DNA of 64,000 bases from Candidatus Algichlamydia australiensis (GCA_033977065.1 JAXCHI010000004.1:256001-320000), one strand, 5' to 3'; numbered from the stretch's first letter, positions 30,893 through 41,599 are shown. The notes: generated by a model from the sequence alone, not told the origin. A program made the numbers and translations.

Positions 30893-31495
30893 TTAGATCA
30901 ACTCTTGGCGGCGGATAATCGATTGACCAAGCGTTCCCTCATCAATCCAATCAAGAGAACTTCCCATGGGAAGGCCGAGCGCGAGGCGTGTTACTTTAAC
31001 ATTTTCTTTTGCAAATTCTTGTTTGAGAAAAAGGGCAGTTGCATCTCCTTCAAGTGTGGCATCTAATGCGATGAGCAGCTCTTTTACACACTCTTTTTCA
31101 ATGCGTTTTTTTAATTGCTCAAGTCCAAGTGTATCAGGTGTTTTTCCTTCAACAGGTGAGAGAAGACCATCAATCACGTGGTAAGCCCCTTTGAATGAAC
31201 GGGTCGCTTCAATGGCAAATGCATCTCTTGGGCTTGAAATGATGCAAAGTATATCTTTTTCTCGATAGGGAGCGTGGCAGGAAAAACAGCCCTTTTCACT
31301 TAACATCAAGCCGCACTCGCTGCAATGCAAAATCTTTTCTTGAATTTTGGCAATGGTCTCGCCAAAATCTTTGAGCTGGGTCGCATCTTCCTTTAATAGG
31401 TGAAAGGCGAAACGTTCAGCGCTCTTCTGTCCAACGCCGGGAAGTCGTTTAAGATGGGTGATTAAAATTTTTAATTCTTGCGGATAGTTCTGCAT
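30893..31495 (-). CDS. recR: Recombination mediator RecR
   Basis: LPGVGQKSAER HhH, C4-type Zn finger, Toprim 'TLEGDATA'. Confidence 0.96.
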   Translation of the reverse strand: MQNYPQELKILITHLKRLPGVGQKSAERFAFHLLKEDATQLKDFGETIAKIQEKILHCSECGLMLSEKGCFSCHAPYREKDILCIISSPRDAFAIEATRSFKGAYHVIDGLLSPVEGKTPDTLGLEQLKKRIEKECVKELLIALDATLEGDATALFLKQEFAKENVKVTRLALGLPMGSSLDWIDEGTLGQSIIRRQELI

Positions 31496-31553
31496 CTCCT
31501 CCCAATTATGACAAGCTTTTCAATATTTCGCAATTCGGGTAAAATAGTCGGAT

Positions 31554-32552
31554 ATGTGTTCTACAAAAGCGAGAATCGTTGCCACGGGCGCCTATCTACC
31601 AAGTAAAATTTTGACTAACTGTGATCTAGAACAGATGGTTGAAACTTCAGATGAGTGGATCACAACCCGCACGGGAATTAAGGAGCGTCGTATTGCTCAT
31701 AATGAAGAGTTTACCTCTGACATGGGGCTTAAAGCGGCTCAAGAAGCAATCGAAAAATCAGGGCTTTCTCCTGAAAAAATCGATCTCATTATTCTGGCTA
31801 CGCACACACCGGATCACTTCTTTCCTAGTACTGCCTGTATGATTCAAAAAGAGCTTGGTGCTGTGAATGCTGCCGGATTTGATATTCAAGCGGCGTGCAG
31901 TGGCTATCTCTATGGGCTCTCTACAGCAAAATCATTTATTGAATCAGGCGCATATAAAAACATTCTTTTAGTCGCTTCAGAAAAGCTCTCTTCAATTATT
32001 GATTATGAAGATCGCAACACCTGTGTCCTCTTTGGTGATGGCGCTTCGGCTGCTATTATTAGCCATGAAGGGGCTGGGTTACAAATTCCTCACATCTGTC
32101 TCGGCTCTGACGGCCAGCAAGAAGACCTCATTAAACTTCCTGCTGGTGGTTGCCGCAAAGTTGCCTCCCGTGAGAGCATCGAGTCGCGCGAGCACTTTCT
32201 CCGCATGGAGGGAAGAGAGGTATTCAAACACGCTGTGCGCCGTATGGAGCAAGCGGCAAATGAGTGTTTGGAGCATGAAGGACTCACAGATAGCGATGTC
32301 AATTGGCTTATCTCACACCAAGCGAATATTCGTATTATAGACGCAATGGCAAAACGTTTTTCTATTCCTGCTGATCGCGTCTATAAAACCGTTCATAAGT
32401 ATGGAAATACTTCATCATCTTCAGTGGGGATAGCCCTACATGAGCTCCTGCAAGATGGCGCTGTAAATGAGGGAGATCGTCTCCTTCTCGTCGCTTTTGG
32501 TGCGGGATTAACCTGGGGCGCAGCCCTACTTGAAAAGAGGTCAAATGGGTAA
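31554..32552 (+). CDS. fabH: Beta-ketoacyl-ACP synthase III
   Basis: AACSG, FGDGA, HQAN, GNTS motifs. Confidence 0.97.
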   Translation: MCSTKARIVATGAYLPSKILTNCDLEQMVETSDEWITTRTGIKERRIAHNEEFTSDMGLKAAQEAIEKSGLSPEKIDLIILATHTPDHFFPSTACMIQKELGAVNAAGFDIQAACSGYLYGLSTAKSFIESGAYKNILLVASEKLSSIIDYEDRNTCVLFGDGASAAIISHEGAGLQIPHICLGSDGQQEDLIKLPAGGCRKVASRESIESREHFLRMEGREVFKHAVRRMEQAANECLEHEGLTDSDVNWLISHQANIRIIDAMAKRFSIPADRVYKTVHKYGNTSSSSVGIALHELLQDGAVNEGDRLLLVAFGAGLTWGAALLEKRSNG

Positions 32553-33504
32553 GAAAATTGCCTTTATTTTCCCCGGACAGGGAGCGCAGTACCCAGGTAT
32601 GGGGCGCGATTTTTATCACCAATTTCCAGAAGTGAAAGAGATGGTGGACCGTGCAGATGAAATTCTCGGTTACTCTCTATCGGAAATGATTTTTGAGGGT
32701 TCGTCTGAAGATTTGAAGCAGACACGCTACTCACAGCCCGCGATCTTCATCACAAGTCTTGCTATTCTTAAAGTTATTCAAGATAAGTTCCCAGTACTTG
32801 TTCCAAGCTATACTCTCGGGTTGAGTTTAGGAGAGTACACAGCGATGGTTGCAGCAGGCATTCTCCCATTTGAAGAGGGACTAAAGCTTGTTCAAGCGCG
32901 AGCAGATGCAATGCAGAAAGCCTCTGAAGCAACACCCGGAACGATGGCAGCAGTGCTCGGATTAGATCCCGATTTAGTCGAAGAAGTTTTAGAGAAGATG
33001 CGTCCTGACAATGCGATCTGGATTGCAAACCTGAACTGTCCCTCACAAGTTGTTATAGCGGGAACAAAAGAAGCTGTTGAAGCTGCTAATGAACCCCTCA
33101 TAGAAAAAGGAGCCAAACGCGTTGTTCCTCTTAACGTCTCTGGAGCTTTTCATACGCCACTTATGCAGCCAGCTGCAGAAGAACTTGGGCAAAAAGTTGA
33201 ATCAGTCACCCTTCATCAAAGTGAAACGCGCCTTCTCATGAATGCGGCGGGTGATTTTGTTGAAGACCTCGATGAAATGCGCAAACTCCTTCTTGAACAG
33301 GTGATGCAGCCCGTTCTTTGGGAAAAGTCGATTCATGCTGTGATGGAGCAGGGGATCGATCTCTTTTTAGAAGTTGGCCCTGGTAAAACTCTTTGTGGTA
33401 TGCTCCGCAAAATCAATAGAGAGCTCAACACTCTCAATGTAGAAAATATCGAAGATCTCGATCGCCTAGAAGAGTATTTAATCTGTACCGTGGAGAAACA
33501 ATGA
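32545..33504 (+). CDS. fabD: Malonyl-CoA-ACP transacylase
   Basis: FPGQGAQ, GLSLGEY, SGAFHT motifs. Confidence 0.97.
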   Translation: MGKKIAFIFPGQGAQYPGMGRDFYHQFPEVKEMVDRADEILGYSLSEMIFEGSSEDLKQTRYSQPAIFITSLAILKVIQDKFPVLVPSYTLGLSLGEYTAMVAAGILPFEEGLKLVQARADAMQKASEATPGTMAAVLGLDPDLVEEVLEKMRPDNAIWIANLNCPSQVVIAGTKEAVEAANEPLIEKGAKRVVPLNVSGAFHTPLMQPAAEELGQKVESVTLHQSETRLLMNAAGDFVEDLDEMRKLLLEQVMQPVLWEKSIHAVMEQGIDLFLEVGPGKTLCGMLRKINRELNTLNVENIEDLDRLEEYLICTVEKQ

Positions 33505-34226
33505 AGAGACTTGAAGGAAAACGCGCTCTTGTTACAGGCGGCACCTCTGGAATTGGCAAAGCGATTGCCTTAAAATTTGCAGAAGCTGGTGCTGATGTGA
33601 CAATCTTAGGCACTAATAAAGAGCGTGCAGAAGCGACTCTCAAAGAGCTAAAAGAGATCTCTTCAACTCAAAATTTTTCTGCAAAAATCGTCAACCTTTC
33701 CCAACCCGAAGAGATTCGCGCCCTTGCAAAAGAGATTGAAATTGACATCCTTGTCAACAATGCAGGCATCACTCGGGATAAACTCTTTATGGCGATGAAG
33801 GAGGATGACTGGAATGAAGTGATCAACGTCAACCTCAATGCAATCTACCACCTCACACACGCCTTTATCAGACCTATGTTGAAAAACAAGGGAAAAATCA
33901 TTAACATCTCCTCAGTAAGTGGATTGAGTGGCAACCCGGGACAAGCTAATTATTCAGCTGCAAAAGCTGGTCTGATTGGCATGACACGTACACTCGCTCG
34001 CGAGTTGGGAGGAAAAGGCGTTACAGTCAACTGCATCGCTCCCGGTTTTATCACAACGCCGATGACAGACAAACTTAATGAAGCGCAGCAGCAGGCAATC
34101 CTATCGAGGATCCCGCTTAAACGCTTTGGAAAACCAGAAGAAATTGCCCAAGCAGCCCTTTTCCTTGCGACTGCTGACTACATTACTGGTCAGACACTTG
34201 CAGTAGATGGAGGCATGCTGGCCTAA
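33501..34226 (+). CDS. fabG: 3-oxoacyl-ACP reductase
   Basis: [21 protein letters not shown] motifs. Confidence 0.96.
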   Translation: MKRLEGKRALVTGGTSGIGKAIALKFAEAGADVTILGTNKERAEATLKELKEISSTQNFSAKIVNLSQPEEIRALAKEIEIDILVNNAGITRDKLFMAMKEDDWNEVINVNLNAIYHLTHAFIRPMLKNKGKIINISSVSGLSGNPGQANYSAAKAGLIGMTRTLARELGGKGVTVNCIAPGFITTPMTDKLNEAQQQAILSRIPLKRFGKPEEIAQAALFLATADYITGQTLAVDGGMLA

Positions 34227-34254
34227 GCTATTATTGATAACAAAGGAAAAACCT

Positions 34255-34488
34255 ATGTCCATGGAAAAAGAAGTAATCGACATCGTAGTGGAACAACTTG
34301 GTGTTGAAGAAGCAGAAGTAAACGTTGAAAAGCGTTTTGTTGAAGATCTGAATGCCGACTCACTAGATCTTACAGAGCTGATTATGACTTTTGAAGAGAA
34401 ATTCGGCCTAGAAATTGCTGAAGGTGAAGCTGAGAAGCTGAAGACCGTTGGCGATGTAGTGACCTTCATCGAGTCAAAAAAGGCTTAA
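34255..34488 (+). CDS. acpP: Acyl carrier protein
   Basis: DLNADSLD phosphopantetheine site. Confidence 0.97.
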   Translation: MSMEKEVIDIVVEQLGVEEAEVNVEKRFVEDLNADSLDLTELIMTFEEKFGLEIAEGEAEKLKTVGDVVTFIESKKA

Positions 34489-34505
34489 TTTAAATTTTTT
34501 ATTTT

Positions 34506-34540
34506 AAAACCCAAGTACGAGCTGTGCTTGGGTTTTTTTT
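34506..34540 (+). terminator. Terminator of the fab-acpP operon
   Basis: AAAACCCAAGTAC-GAGCT-GTGCTTGGGTTTT followed by a T-run. Confidence 0.8.
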
Positions 34541-34595
34541 GAATTGATTTTTTAATATAGTCTTGATAGTATTGTCCGAAAAATAGGAGAATACT

Positions 34596-36059
34596 ATGGC
34601 GAGCTCGGTTCATTCAATAAGTAATTTAACATCATCTTTCAGAGGTTCTCAAGGACTTTTACCCCTCTCAACTTTGCAGAAAGCTGTGCAAGTGGCACCT
34701 GTAGGAATCAACGCAGGTCTTACCGTATATAACCAACACAAAAGTACTCGGTTCTTTGTTTTTTCTCTACTTACAACGGTTGTCTCTTCACTAACAGTCT
34801 CCTCAAACAATACTTATGCCATTGGCGCTAAATTTACCTTAACAGCTGCAAACATCGCCCTCACAGTCCTTACAAAAAGTTCTCCAGTTAGAAATAAGAA
34901 CCTAATTTCTCAGCAACTACCGCCACGTATCGCAAATACCGCAGAGATTCCAAATACAGCTAGCGGGTCAACTCAATCTACAGAAGTGTTGGCGAGAAAA
35001 CTAGAAGAGTTTTACTCTTTTGAATATGGTGACTCAGGATTCGAATTTGATAGGTGTAAAGCTGAACTCCAAACATTCATCGAAGGCCTCTCACCTAGGA
35101 TGAAATTGGAATATTTTGCGGCAGCTCTTTATGCTCCTAATACTCCTATGATCAAAACAGCAATTGCAATTATTGGATATGAGAACAAAGACACTATTGA
35201 AGTTGATACTTATGGTACTGATATTCTAGCTCCTATTCCTAATAACAGAAGAAATACTCTTTTCACACTTCTGGATTCTATTGCCAGAGGCAATCGGTTT
35301 AACGGACAAGGTGAACAAGTAGACTTTGCTCTTGTTGGTGAACAAGTAGACTTTGCTCTTGTTGAGGATATATTAAAAAGCCTTTTTGAGCTGGAAAAGC
35401 AGAGTGGTCAAAGATATTTTAATAGAAGTTATTGCAGTGTCTCATTGCTTGAAAAACTGAATGGTTTACCTCCTCAGCTTATTCTTTCCTGTCTTGAGAA
35501 TGAAGATTTGGATCTTTGCAACCCTCAAGATCTATTTCCACAATCAGTTGCAAAGTTATTAGCTTATCTTCTTTCTCAAACGAGAGGAAATGTGGCTGAA
35601 GAGGTCACTAATCTCTATTCGTGTATAGAAAAATTCATTCAATTAGGCCTTGTTGAGTTTCTTTCTAAACAACAGCATGATAGCAGAGCGGTAATGGAGG
35701 GGTTAGATTCTGTATTTTACGCAACAAATGCTTCGTTAACCGCTTTGGATACTCAAAGTTTTGAAAAAATTATTTTGGAACTTCTTGATCTAGCTAAGTT
35801 TAATAAAGATTATTGTCATAATTTTATGTTGAACTCTCTTCGATACAAAAAAGAAAACATTATAAAAGAAATTTTTAATCAAGAACCAGATAGTGTTTTT
35901 GGATTAGATATAAAATATTATATTGAGCAACTAGAAGATACTCCTCTTAAGGCAACTATGCTTGAGCACTGGGAAAAGGGTACCGATGATCAGAAGAAAC
36001 TAGAGAAGGGTTTTCTAGGTGGTTGGGCTGATGATTCGGATGGTGATTCGGATATGTAA
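34596..36059 (+). CDS. Hypothetical Inc-like protein, paralogue 1 of 3
   Basis: AGGAG RBS; N-terminal bilobed hydrophobic region shared with 36197 and 37476; C-terminal HWEKGTDDQK. Confidence 0.7.
   Translation: MASSVHSISNLTSSFRGSQGLLPLSTLQKAVQVAPVGINAGLTVYNQHKSTRFFVFSLLTTVVSSLTVSSNNTYAIGAKFTLTAANIALTVLTKSSPVRNKNLISQQLPPRIANTAEIPNTASGSTQSTEVLARKLEEFYSFEYGDSGFEFDRCKAELQTFIEGLSPRMKLEYFAAALYAPNTPMIKTAIAIIGYENKDTIEVDTYGTDILAPIPNNRRNTLFTLLDSIARGNRFNGQGEQVDFALVGEQVDFALVEDILKSLFELEKQSGQRYFNRSYCSVSLLEKLNGLPPQLILSCLENEDLDLCNPQDLFPQSVAKLLAYLLSQTRGNVAEEVTNLYSCIEKFIQLGLVEFLSKQQHDSRAVMEGLDSVFYATNASLTALDTQSFEKIILELLDLAKFNKDYCHNFMLNSLRYKKENIIKEIFNQEPDSVFGLDIKYYIEQLEDTPLKATMLEHWEKGTDDQKKLEKGFLGGWADDSDGDSDM
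35310..35363 (+). repeat. Perfect 27-bp tandem duplication (GEQVDFALV x2)
   Basis: GGTGAACAAGTAGACTTTGCTCTTGTT occurs twice, in frame. Confidence 0.9.
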
Positions 36060-36196
36060 AAATCCCTCTTTCCATATGAGGAGAAAGGAGGTAACAACTT
36101 AATTTTTAAAATCTGAGTGCAAGCCGTGCTTGAGTTTTTTTAGGTAGTTTTTTTAATAGAATCCTGATAAAATCATTTGCTAGACAGGAGAATACC

Positions 36197-37282
36197 ATGT
36201 TAAATCCGCTAAAGTTAACAAATGATTTTACTCCAGCCCTTAAAAAGCCTTTGGAGTCTTTTTTTCCAACTTTTCTCAAGACAGCTAAAGTGGCACCGCT
36301 TGTAATCAACATAGGCTTTACAGGTCTTAACTTGTGTAGTCAAAGTAAGCAAATTTTCGCGTTCTCTTTAGCTACAACTCTCTTTTCCTCATATGCCATA
36401 ACATCAAAAAACACTTACGTAAATGCGGCAGCAGTTACTCTCACAATTGTGAATCTTGCTCTTTCCTGTTTTCCAAAATCTTTCGGGGTAAGTCACCAGC
36501 CACCAAAAAATAGGCAAATAGAAGATCAGCAAACTGAAAACCAAATGAGAACAACAGAAGGGTGGTTTGCTGATATTGAGGAATTTATGCCCAAAGGAGA
36601 AAACATAGACGAAGGAAAAGCTGCAAAATTTCAAAAGTTTATCAATCGCCTCAATCCAACAGAGAAGTTAGAATATTTTCTAGCAGCATTGAGTAACGGG
36701 TTTGAAGAAGAAGCAGTAAAAATTCTTGGGGTTGATTGGTTTGGGGATGAAGAGAACGTAGCCGATCTATTTACTCGCCTCTTAGATAAAGCGTATCAAA
36801 GAGAACACAGCCTGGAAGTCATCACTTCTTCTATTAAAACAATATTGGAACAACTGGTTTCTAATAAAGATTCCATTTTCGATATTTTGAAGAATAACGA
36901 AGAGTTTTGTAATAAGTTCCATGGATTGATAGAAGAGCTAGAAATAGATTGTATAGATGGAAGTGGTACACGCAACTTAAGTGCTAAAGAAATAAAAGAA
37001 AATGAAGATTTCGTCATAAGCTCTTTGAATCTCTTTAAATTTAAACAAGAGGATTATAAATTTTCCATTGTTAAAGCTGTTCTAGTGCATAAATGGAGAG
37101 TGCTAGAAAAAATCTTTGAACTTAAGCCAGATTTAGTTTTTGAAAAAGATGTTCTTAATATATTTTTTCACCTTGATGAAGATTCTGAGTTGAGGCAGAA
37201 GGCATTTGCTCATTGGGAAAAGGGTACTGATGAGCAAAAAGAATCGTCGAAAGAAATCATGAATCGCCGTTCTAAAAAATAA
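36197..37282 (+). CDS. Hypothetical Inc-like protein, paralogue 2 of 3
   Basis: KTAKVAPLVINIGFTG...FSLATTLFSS...LTIVNLAL; KLEYFLAAL; HWEKGTDEQK. Confidence 0.7.
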   Translation: MLNPLKLTNDFTPALKKPLESFFPTFLKTAKVAPLVINIGFTGLNLCSQSKQIFAFSLATTLFSSYAITSKNTYVNAAAVTLTIVNLALSCFPKSFGVSHQPPKNRQIEDQQTENQMRTTEGWFADIEEFMPKGENIDEGKAAKFQKFINRLNPTEKLEYFLAALSNGFEEEAVKILGVDWFGDEENVADLFTRLLDKAYQREHSLEVITSSIKTILEQLVSNKDSIFDILKNNEEFCNKFHGLIEELEIDCIDGSGTRNLSAKEIKENEDFVISSLNLFKFKQEDYKFSIVKAVLVHKWRVLEKIFELKPDLVFEKDVLNIFFHLDEDSELRQKAFAHWEKGTDEQKESSKEIMNRRSKK

Positions 37283-37300
37283 AGTTTTGCTACTCATTTT

Positions 37301-37378
37301 TTAGAGATTGCTGAAGACGAAGCTGAAAAGCTAAAGATCGTTGACGATGTAGTGATCTTCATTAAATAAAAAATGTAA
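37301..37378 (+). pseudogene. Degenerate duplicate of the acpP 3' end
   Basis: Translates as LEIAEDEAEKLKIVDDVVIFIK*, versus Acp[23 protein letters not shown] (34408-34488). Confidence 0.85.
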
Positions 37379-37475
37379 ACTTATTATTTAAATCTGGAAA
37401 AAGCAATTTTTAGGAGGGTATTTCTTGTTTTTTTAGTATTGTCTTGATATAATATTAATATATTTAAAATTATAT

Positions 37476-38390
37476 ATGATTGATTCAATAAGTTTGGTAA
37501 AAAATTATTTAATTCGTTGGATTCCTTCTCCTACCACACATCTAACATGTGCGGTATTTAAAAAAGTGGCAGAAACATCACCACTAATAATTAATGGTTG
37601 CATCTCCTGTAAAAGCTTAGATAGTAAAAAATTTACTTTTTCACTCTTTTCTACTCTTGTTTCGCCTCTATTTTACTGCAATAACAGCTATGCAAAAGGG
37701 TTTATTCTCCTGCTGACGGTAACGAATCTACTGTTTCATAATTTTTTTACAGGTAGCCAAGCAAAAACAAATTTTGTCTCTAAACCTGCGGTTCCTAAAA
37801 AAAATGAGGGGATAGGACAGGCCGGTGTAGATCAAATAGGCACTGTTGGGGTAGTCAGACTTTCTCGATCAGAAACGAATTCTGTCTCTAAACCCGCGAT
37901 CCTTGAAAAAAATGAGGGGACAGATAAAAATTCAGAACCAAATAAGGGGATAGGACAGGCAGATCCAAAAGATCTTTTCTCTGAGAGTGAGAAAGAAATT
38001 TTGAAACAGATTGATCCGTCACGTTTTGAACAATTTTTTAATGGTGAAATCACCGAGGCTGAGAAGCAAGTAGTTTTCGATTTTAATAGAAAAACAAATA
38101 ATGCTTTATTCAATCGATTTTTAGTTCAACTTTTCAAGTATAGAGATGGGTATCCCTACCAAAATAGTTTCAGCTCAGAGTCAGAACTTCCTACTAATTT
38201 AGATAGTTTGATCTGTTCATACGATCACGACAAATTTGCCACAGAAGAAGAGCGAAAAAGAATCTTTAGCAATACAAGATCCTTTGTAGAGAAATTTATT
38301 CACACTCGACTCAAAGGGCTGGATGACTACGAAGAAGTTATTGCTCAATCAGTAGAGAATGCTGATTGGATGGAACAGCTAATTAAGTGA
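37476..38390 (+). CDS. Hypothetical Inc-like protein, paralogue 3 of 3 (different C-terminal domain)
   Basis: KKVAETSPLIING...FSLFSTLVS...LLTVTNLL; internal repeat TN[F/S]VSKPA...KNEG...GIGQA. Confidence 0.65.
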   Translation: MIDSISLVKNYLIRWIPSPTTHLTCAVFKKVAETSPLIINGCISCKSLDSKKFTFSLFSTLVSPLFYCNNSYAKGFILLLTVTNLLFHNFFTGSQAKTNFVSKPAVPKKNEGIGQAGVDQIGTVGVVRLSRSETNSVSKPAILEKNEGTDKNSEPNKGIGQADPKDLFSESEKEILKQIDPSRFEQFFNGEITEAEKQVVFDFNRKTNNALFNRFLVQLFKYRDGYPYQNSFSSESELPTNLDSLICSYDHDKFATEEERKRIFSNTRSFVEKFIHTRLKGLDDYEEVIAQSVENADWMEQLIK

Positions 38391-38917
38391 TCATTGACAA
38401 GGCCAACAGCCTGCATAAATGAGTAAATTATAGTGGGTCCAACAAAGGCCATACCGCGCTTCTGTAAATCTTTTGCTATCGCAGTGCTAATGTCTGTTTT
38501 GCAAGGGACATCTTGAGAGTTTTTCCACTTATTGACAATAGGTTTATAGTCGACATACTTCCATAGATAAGAATCAAATGAGCCAAACTCTTTCTGAATT
38601 TTAAGAAAAATTTGTGCGTTTTGGCGAGCACTAAAGATCTTTCGTCTATTGCGAATAATTGCAGGATTTAAGATGAGGTTCTCAAGATCTTGATCAGACA
38701 TTTTTGCTACAGTTTCTGGATCAAAGTTATGAAAGTGTTTCCGGTAAGCTTCTCGTCTTTTCAGTATGAGTTCCCAGTTTAAACCTGCTTGAGCGCCTTC
38801 TAAAACTAGCATTTCAAAAAGGTGTCTGTCATCGTGAACAGGGATACCCCACTCTTCATCGTGGTACTTGGCGTACAATTCTTTTCCGGGGCCATCCCCA
38901 AAGCATCGTTTTTTCAT
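38345..38917 (-). CDS. tag: DNA-3-methyladenine glycosylase I
   Basis: YHDEEWG, LEGAQAGLNW, IIRNRRKI, GLVNDH...C. Confidence 0.96.
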   Translation of the reverse strand: MKKRCFGDGPGKELYAKYHDEEWGIPVHDDRHLFEMLVLEGAQAGLNWELILKRREAYRKHFHNFDPETVAKMSDQDLENLILNPAIIRNRRKIFSARQNAQIFLKIQKEFGSFDSYLWKYVDYKPIVNKWKNSQDVPCKTDISTAIAKDLQKRGMAFVGPTIIYSFMQAVGLVNDHLISCSIQSAFSTD

Positions 38918-39969
38918 CCTTTAACTTCTATCCAGAGTTTACGGCTCTCTTCTTCAGGCATAAGGTTTTGTATAAAGTGGAATTTTTTCCCATTCCGTTT
39001 GTCAAGCTCACTCATCAACCAGTGGTAGCGATCAGAGAACTCTAAGTCCTCAACGATCGTCTCTGTAGGCGGAAGGTTACACCACGTGTTGCACTGATTG
39101 ATGAGATTCTCTTTTTCATAAAGATGGTTTATGAAAGCGTAGGTAAGCTCTTCCTTGTCACTTTTTTGTGGTAAGGCAAGACTCTCTATTGAGGTAAAGA
39201 TGGGACCTTCAGGAAGGACAAAGTCGACATGGGGAGCATCTTTTTCCATACGCCAAAGGTAGTAGTGTTGGGCAAGGGCAAGAGAGCAGTTGCGTGTTGC
39301 TAGGAGATAGTCGGCTCGCACTTCTACGTAAGCCTCCACAAACTCTTTTTGCGAGAGAAGAACTTCTTTGACTTCGGCTATTTGGTGCGGAGTCAGAGAT
39401 TTTACTGGCCCATAGAGGTAGAAGGCGGCAAAATTAATCGCTTCGATGGGATCGTTGAGCATTACAATTCGCTTCTCGGAGTTAAAAATTTGGTCGTAGG
39501 TAAGGTGGGGCAGTGGAAGATCTTCTTTGTTAATTCCAAAACCGTAGACAACCCATTGAAGGGGAATGGAGTAGTTGTTTTCTGGGTCAAAGGCGTGTCC
39601 AAGAAGGCGAGGATTGAGGCTTTTATAAAAAGAGAGTTTACTGCGGTCAATTTCTTTGAGTAAACCCTCTTTTTTTAGAAGCGGTATTGCGTAGTCAGAC
39701 GGGATAATCAGGTCAAAACCTCTTCCTTTTGTCGCCTTCATTTTCGTGAGCATCTCTTCGTTCGAGCCATAGCAGTGAAGACGCACCTTTGCATGATACT
39801 TTTCTTCAAAGGAGTGAATGGTTCGTTCATCGATAGAGTCAGCCCAGCCAAAGATGTGTAGGGTGTTGCTACTATCCCCTTTAAAAAGGAGGATCTTGGG
39901 CCATGAGAGGAGGAGAAAGGAGGCGGCTACCCAGGCAGTGATGGAGAAAAATTTATAAAAACCGCGCAT
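38914..39969 (-). CDS. potD: Spermidine/putrescine ABC transporter substrate-binding protein
   Basis: SNEEMLTKM, FDLIIPSDY, DPENNYSIP; operon context. Confidence 0.88.
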   Translation of the reverse strand: MRGFYKFFSITAWVAASFLLLSWPKILLFKGDSSNTLHIFGWADSIDERTIHSFEEKYHAKVRLHCYGSNEEMLTKMKATKGRGFDLIIPSDYAIPLLKKEGLLKEIDRSKLSFYKSLNPRLLGHAFDPENNYSIPLQWVVYGFGINKEDLPLPHLTYDQIFNSEKRIVMLNDPIEAINFAAFYLYGPVKSLTPHQIAEVKEVLLSQKEFVEAYVEVRADYLLATRNCSLALAQHYYLWRMEKDAPHVDFVLPEGPIFTSIESLALPQKSDKEELTYAFINHLYEKENLINQCNTWCNLPPTETIVEDLEFSDRYHWLMSELDKRNGKKFHFIQNLMPEEESRKLWIEVKG

Positions 39970-40745
39970 CAGTAGATCCTCGTTCGTATTTTTGGAGAGA
40001 AGAAGAGAAGCACAAGGAGGGAACTAAGAAGCAGCAGAAGGGTAGAGAGGGCGTTTACAACGGGTGAGATGCCTTGGCGGATCATACTGAGAAGATAGAG
40101 AGAGAGCGTTTGTATAGAATTACCAGCACAAAAATAGGAGAGGATAAAGTCATCGAATGAGATGACAAAGACAAGCAGTCCAGTAGCGATAAGAGAGGGA
40201 CGTAAAAGGGGTAAAGTAATTTTGAAAAAGGTTGTCCAAGGAGTAGCACCGAGATCAAGTGAAGCCTCTTTTAGCTTGGGATCAAGATCGCTATAGCGAG
40301 TGTAGAGGATGGGGATAGCAAAGCCGAGTCCTAAGATTGTATGAGAGACGATGAGTGTGGGCATGCCGAAAGGGATATCAAGCAGAGAGAAGTAGCTAAG
40401 GAGACTAACAGCAAGAACGGTCTCTGGAACGATGAGTGAGCCAAAAAAGAGGGGGAGAAGGCGTCTCCCTTTCTTACTCCCACTATCCAAAAAATAGATC
40501 AGCAGTGTGCTTAAAAAAAGACTTAAAAGAGTGGTGATACTAGCAATTTTTAGAGAATTAAAAAATGATTCCCAAAGGTCGTAGGAGCGGAAAAGTTCAC
40601 GGTACCAGTTCAGTGTAAAGCCGTGCCAAGGTGCTGGAAAAGTTTTTGTGTTAAATGAGAAGGCCACAAGCACCAAGATAGGGAGATAGAGGAAGAGAAA
40701 TGTTCCGAAAACATGGAGTTTGTGAAGCGCCTTTTTCCTGATCAT
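39969..40745 (-). CDS. potC: Polyamine ABC permease
   Basis: FLYLPI...SFN, EASLDLGA, SFDDF. Confidence 0.9.
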   Translation of the reverse strand: MIRKKALHKLHVFGTFLFLYLPILVLVAFSFNTKTFPAPWHGFTLNWYRELFRSYDLWESFFNSLKIASITTLLSLFLSTLLIYFLDSGSKKGRRLLPLFFGSLIVPETVLAVSLLSYFSLLDIPFGMPTLIVSHTILGLGFAIPILYTRYSDLDPKLKEASLDLGATPWTTFFKITLPLLRPSLIATGLLVFVISFDDFILSYFCAGNSIQTLSLYLLSMIRQGISPVVNALSTLLLLLSSLLVLLFFSPKIRTRIY

Positions 40746-41599
40746 CGCAACCTCACAATAGTTTTATTGATTTTTTTAAAGAGGATATAAAATCCGCCAG
40801 AGAAGAGAAGAAGAATAATCGAGCTGACAACAGTGAAAGCAGCACCCATTCCTTCAGTATGTTCTCCTAGAATATATTGTGAGATGACGTTGCCAACAAA
40901 GTAAATGCGGTCGCCTCCCATAAGTTCAGGGATCACAAACTCACCAAAGGCAGGAATAAAGACGAGGAAAAAGCCGGTGCGGATGGCGGGAAGCGAGAGG
41001 GGAAGCATGATGCTGCGAAAAGTTTGTTGAGGGGTAGCGCCAAGGTCAAGGGAAGCTTCGATAAGTTTACTGTCGAAGCGCTCTAAGCTAGCGTAGATGG
41101 GAAGGACCATAAAGGGGAGATAGTAGTAAACCATCATGAGCATGGTTGCAAAAGGAGAGTTGAGCAGGTGAAGGGGTTCAGAAGTGATCCCCAAATTTAG
41201 TAAGAGGTTGTTGAGAAACCCTTGACGTTCAAGAACAAAAAACCAGGCGTAGATGTGAAGCAAAAAGTTGGTCCAAAAGGGAACAATCAACATGAAGAGA
41301 AGGAGGCTTTTGATTTTTTTGGCGTAGAAAGCCATATAGTGGGCAAGGGGATAGGCGATGATTAAAGAGATCCCGGCTGTTAGAGTGGCAATGCCAAGCG
41401 AGTTCCCAATAATTTTAAAATAGACAGGTGAGAGAACGGCAGAAAAATGGCTGAGAGTGAGCCCAGCAAAATAGCCTTCCCCAGATAAGCTCATAACACT
41501 AGAAAGAATCAAAAGAAAAAGAGGAATGTAGAAGAAAAGAATTTGCCAGATAAAGGCGCCTGAACCGAGGCCGAATGGAAGAGTGCTGCTTTTTTCCAT
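40742..41599 (-). CDS. potB: Polyamine ABC permease
   Basis: IVPFWTN, LPFMVLPIY, EASLDLGA. Confidence 0.9.
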   Translation of the reverse strand: MEKSSTLPFGLGSGAFIWQILFFYIPLFLLILSSVMSLSGEGYFAGLTLSHFSAVLSPVYFKIIGNSLGIATLTAGISLIIAYPLAHYMAFYAKKIKSLLLFMLIVPFWTNFLLHIYAWFFVLERQGFLNNLLLNLGITSEPLHLLNSPFATMLMMVYYYLPFMVLPIYASLERFDSKLIEASLDLGATPQQTFRSIMLPLSLPAIRTGFFLVFIPAFGEFVIPELMGGDRIYFVGNVISQYILGEHTEGMGAAFTVVSSIILLLFSGGFYILFKKINKTIVRLR

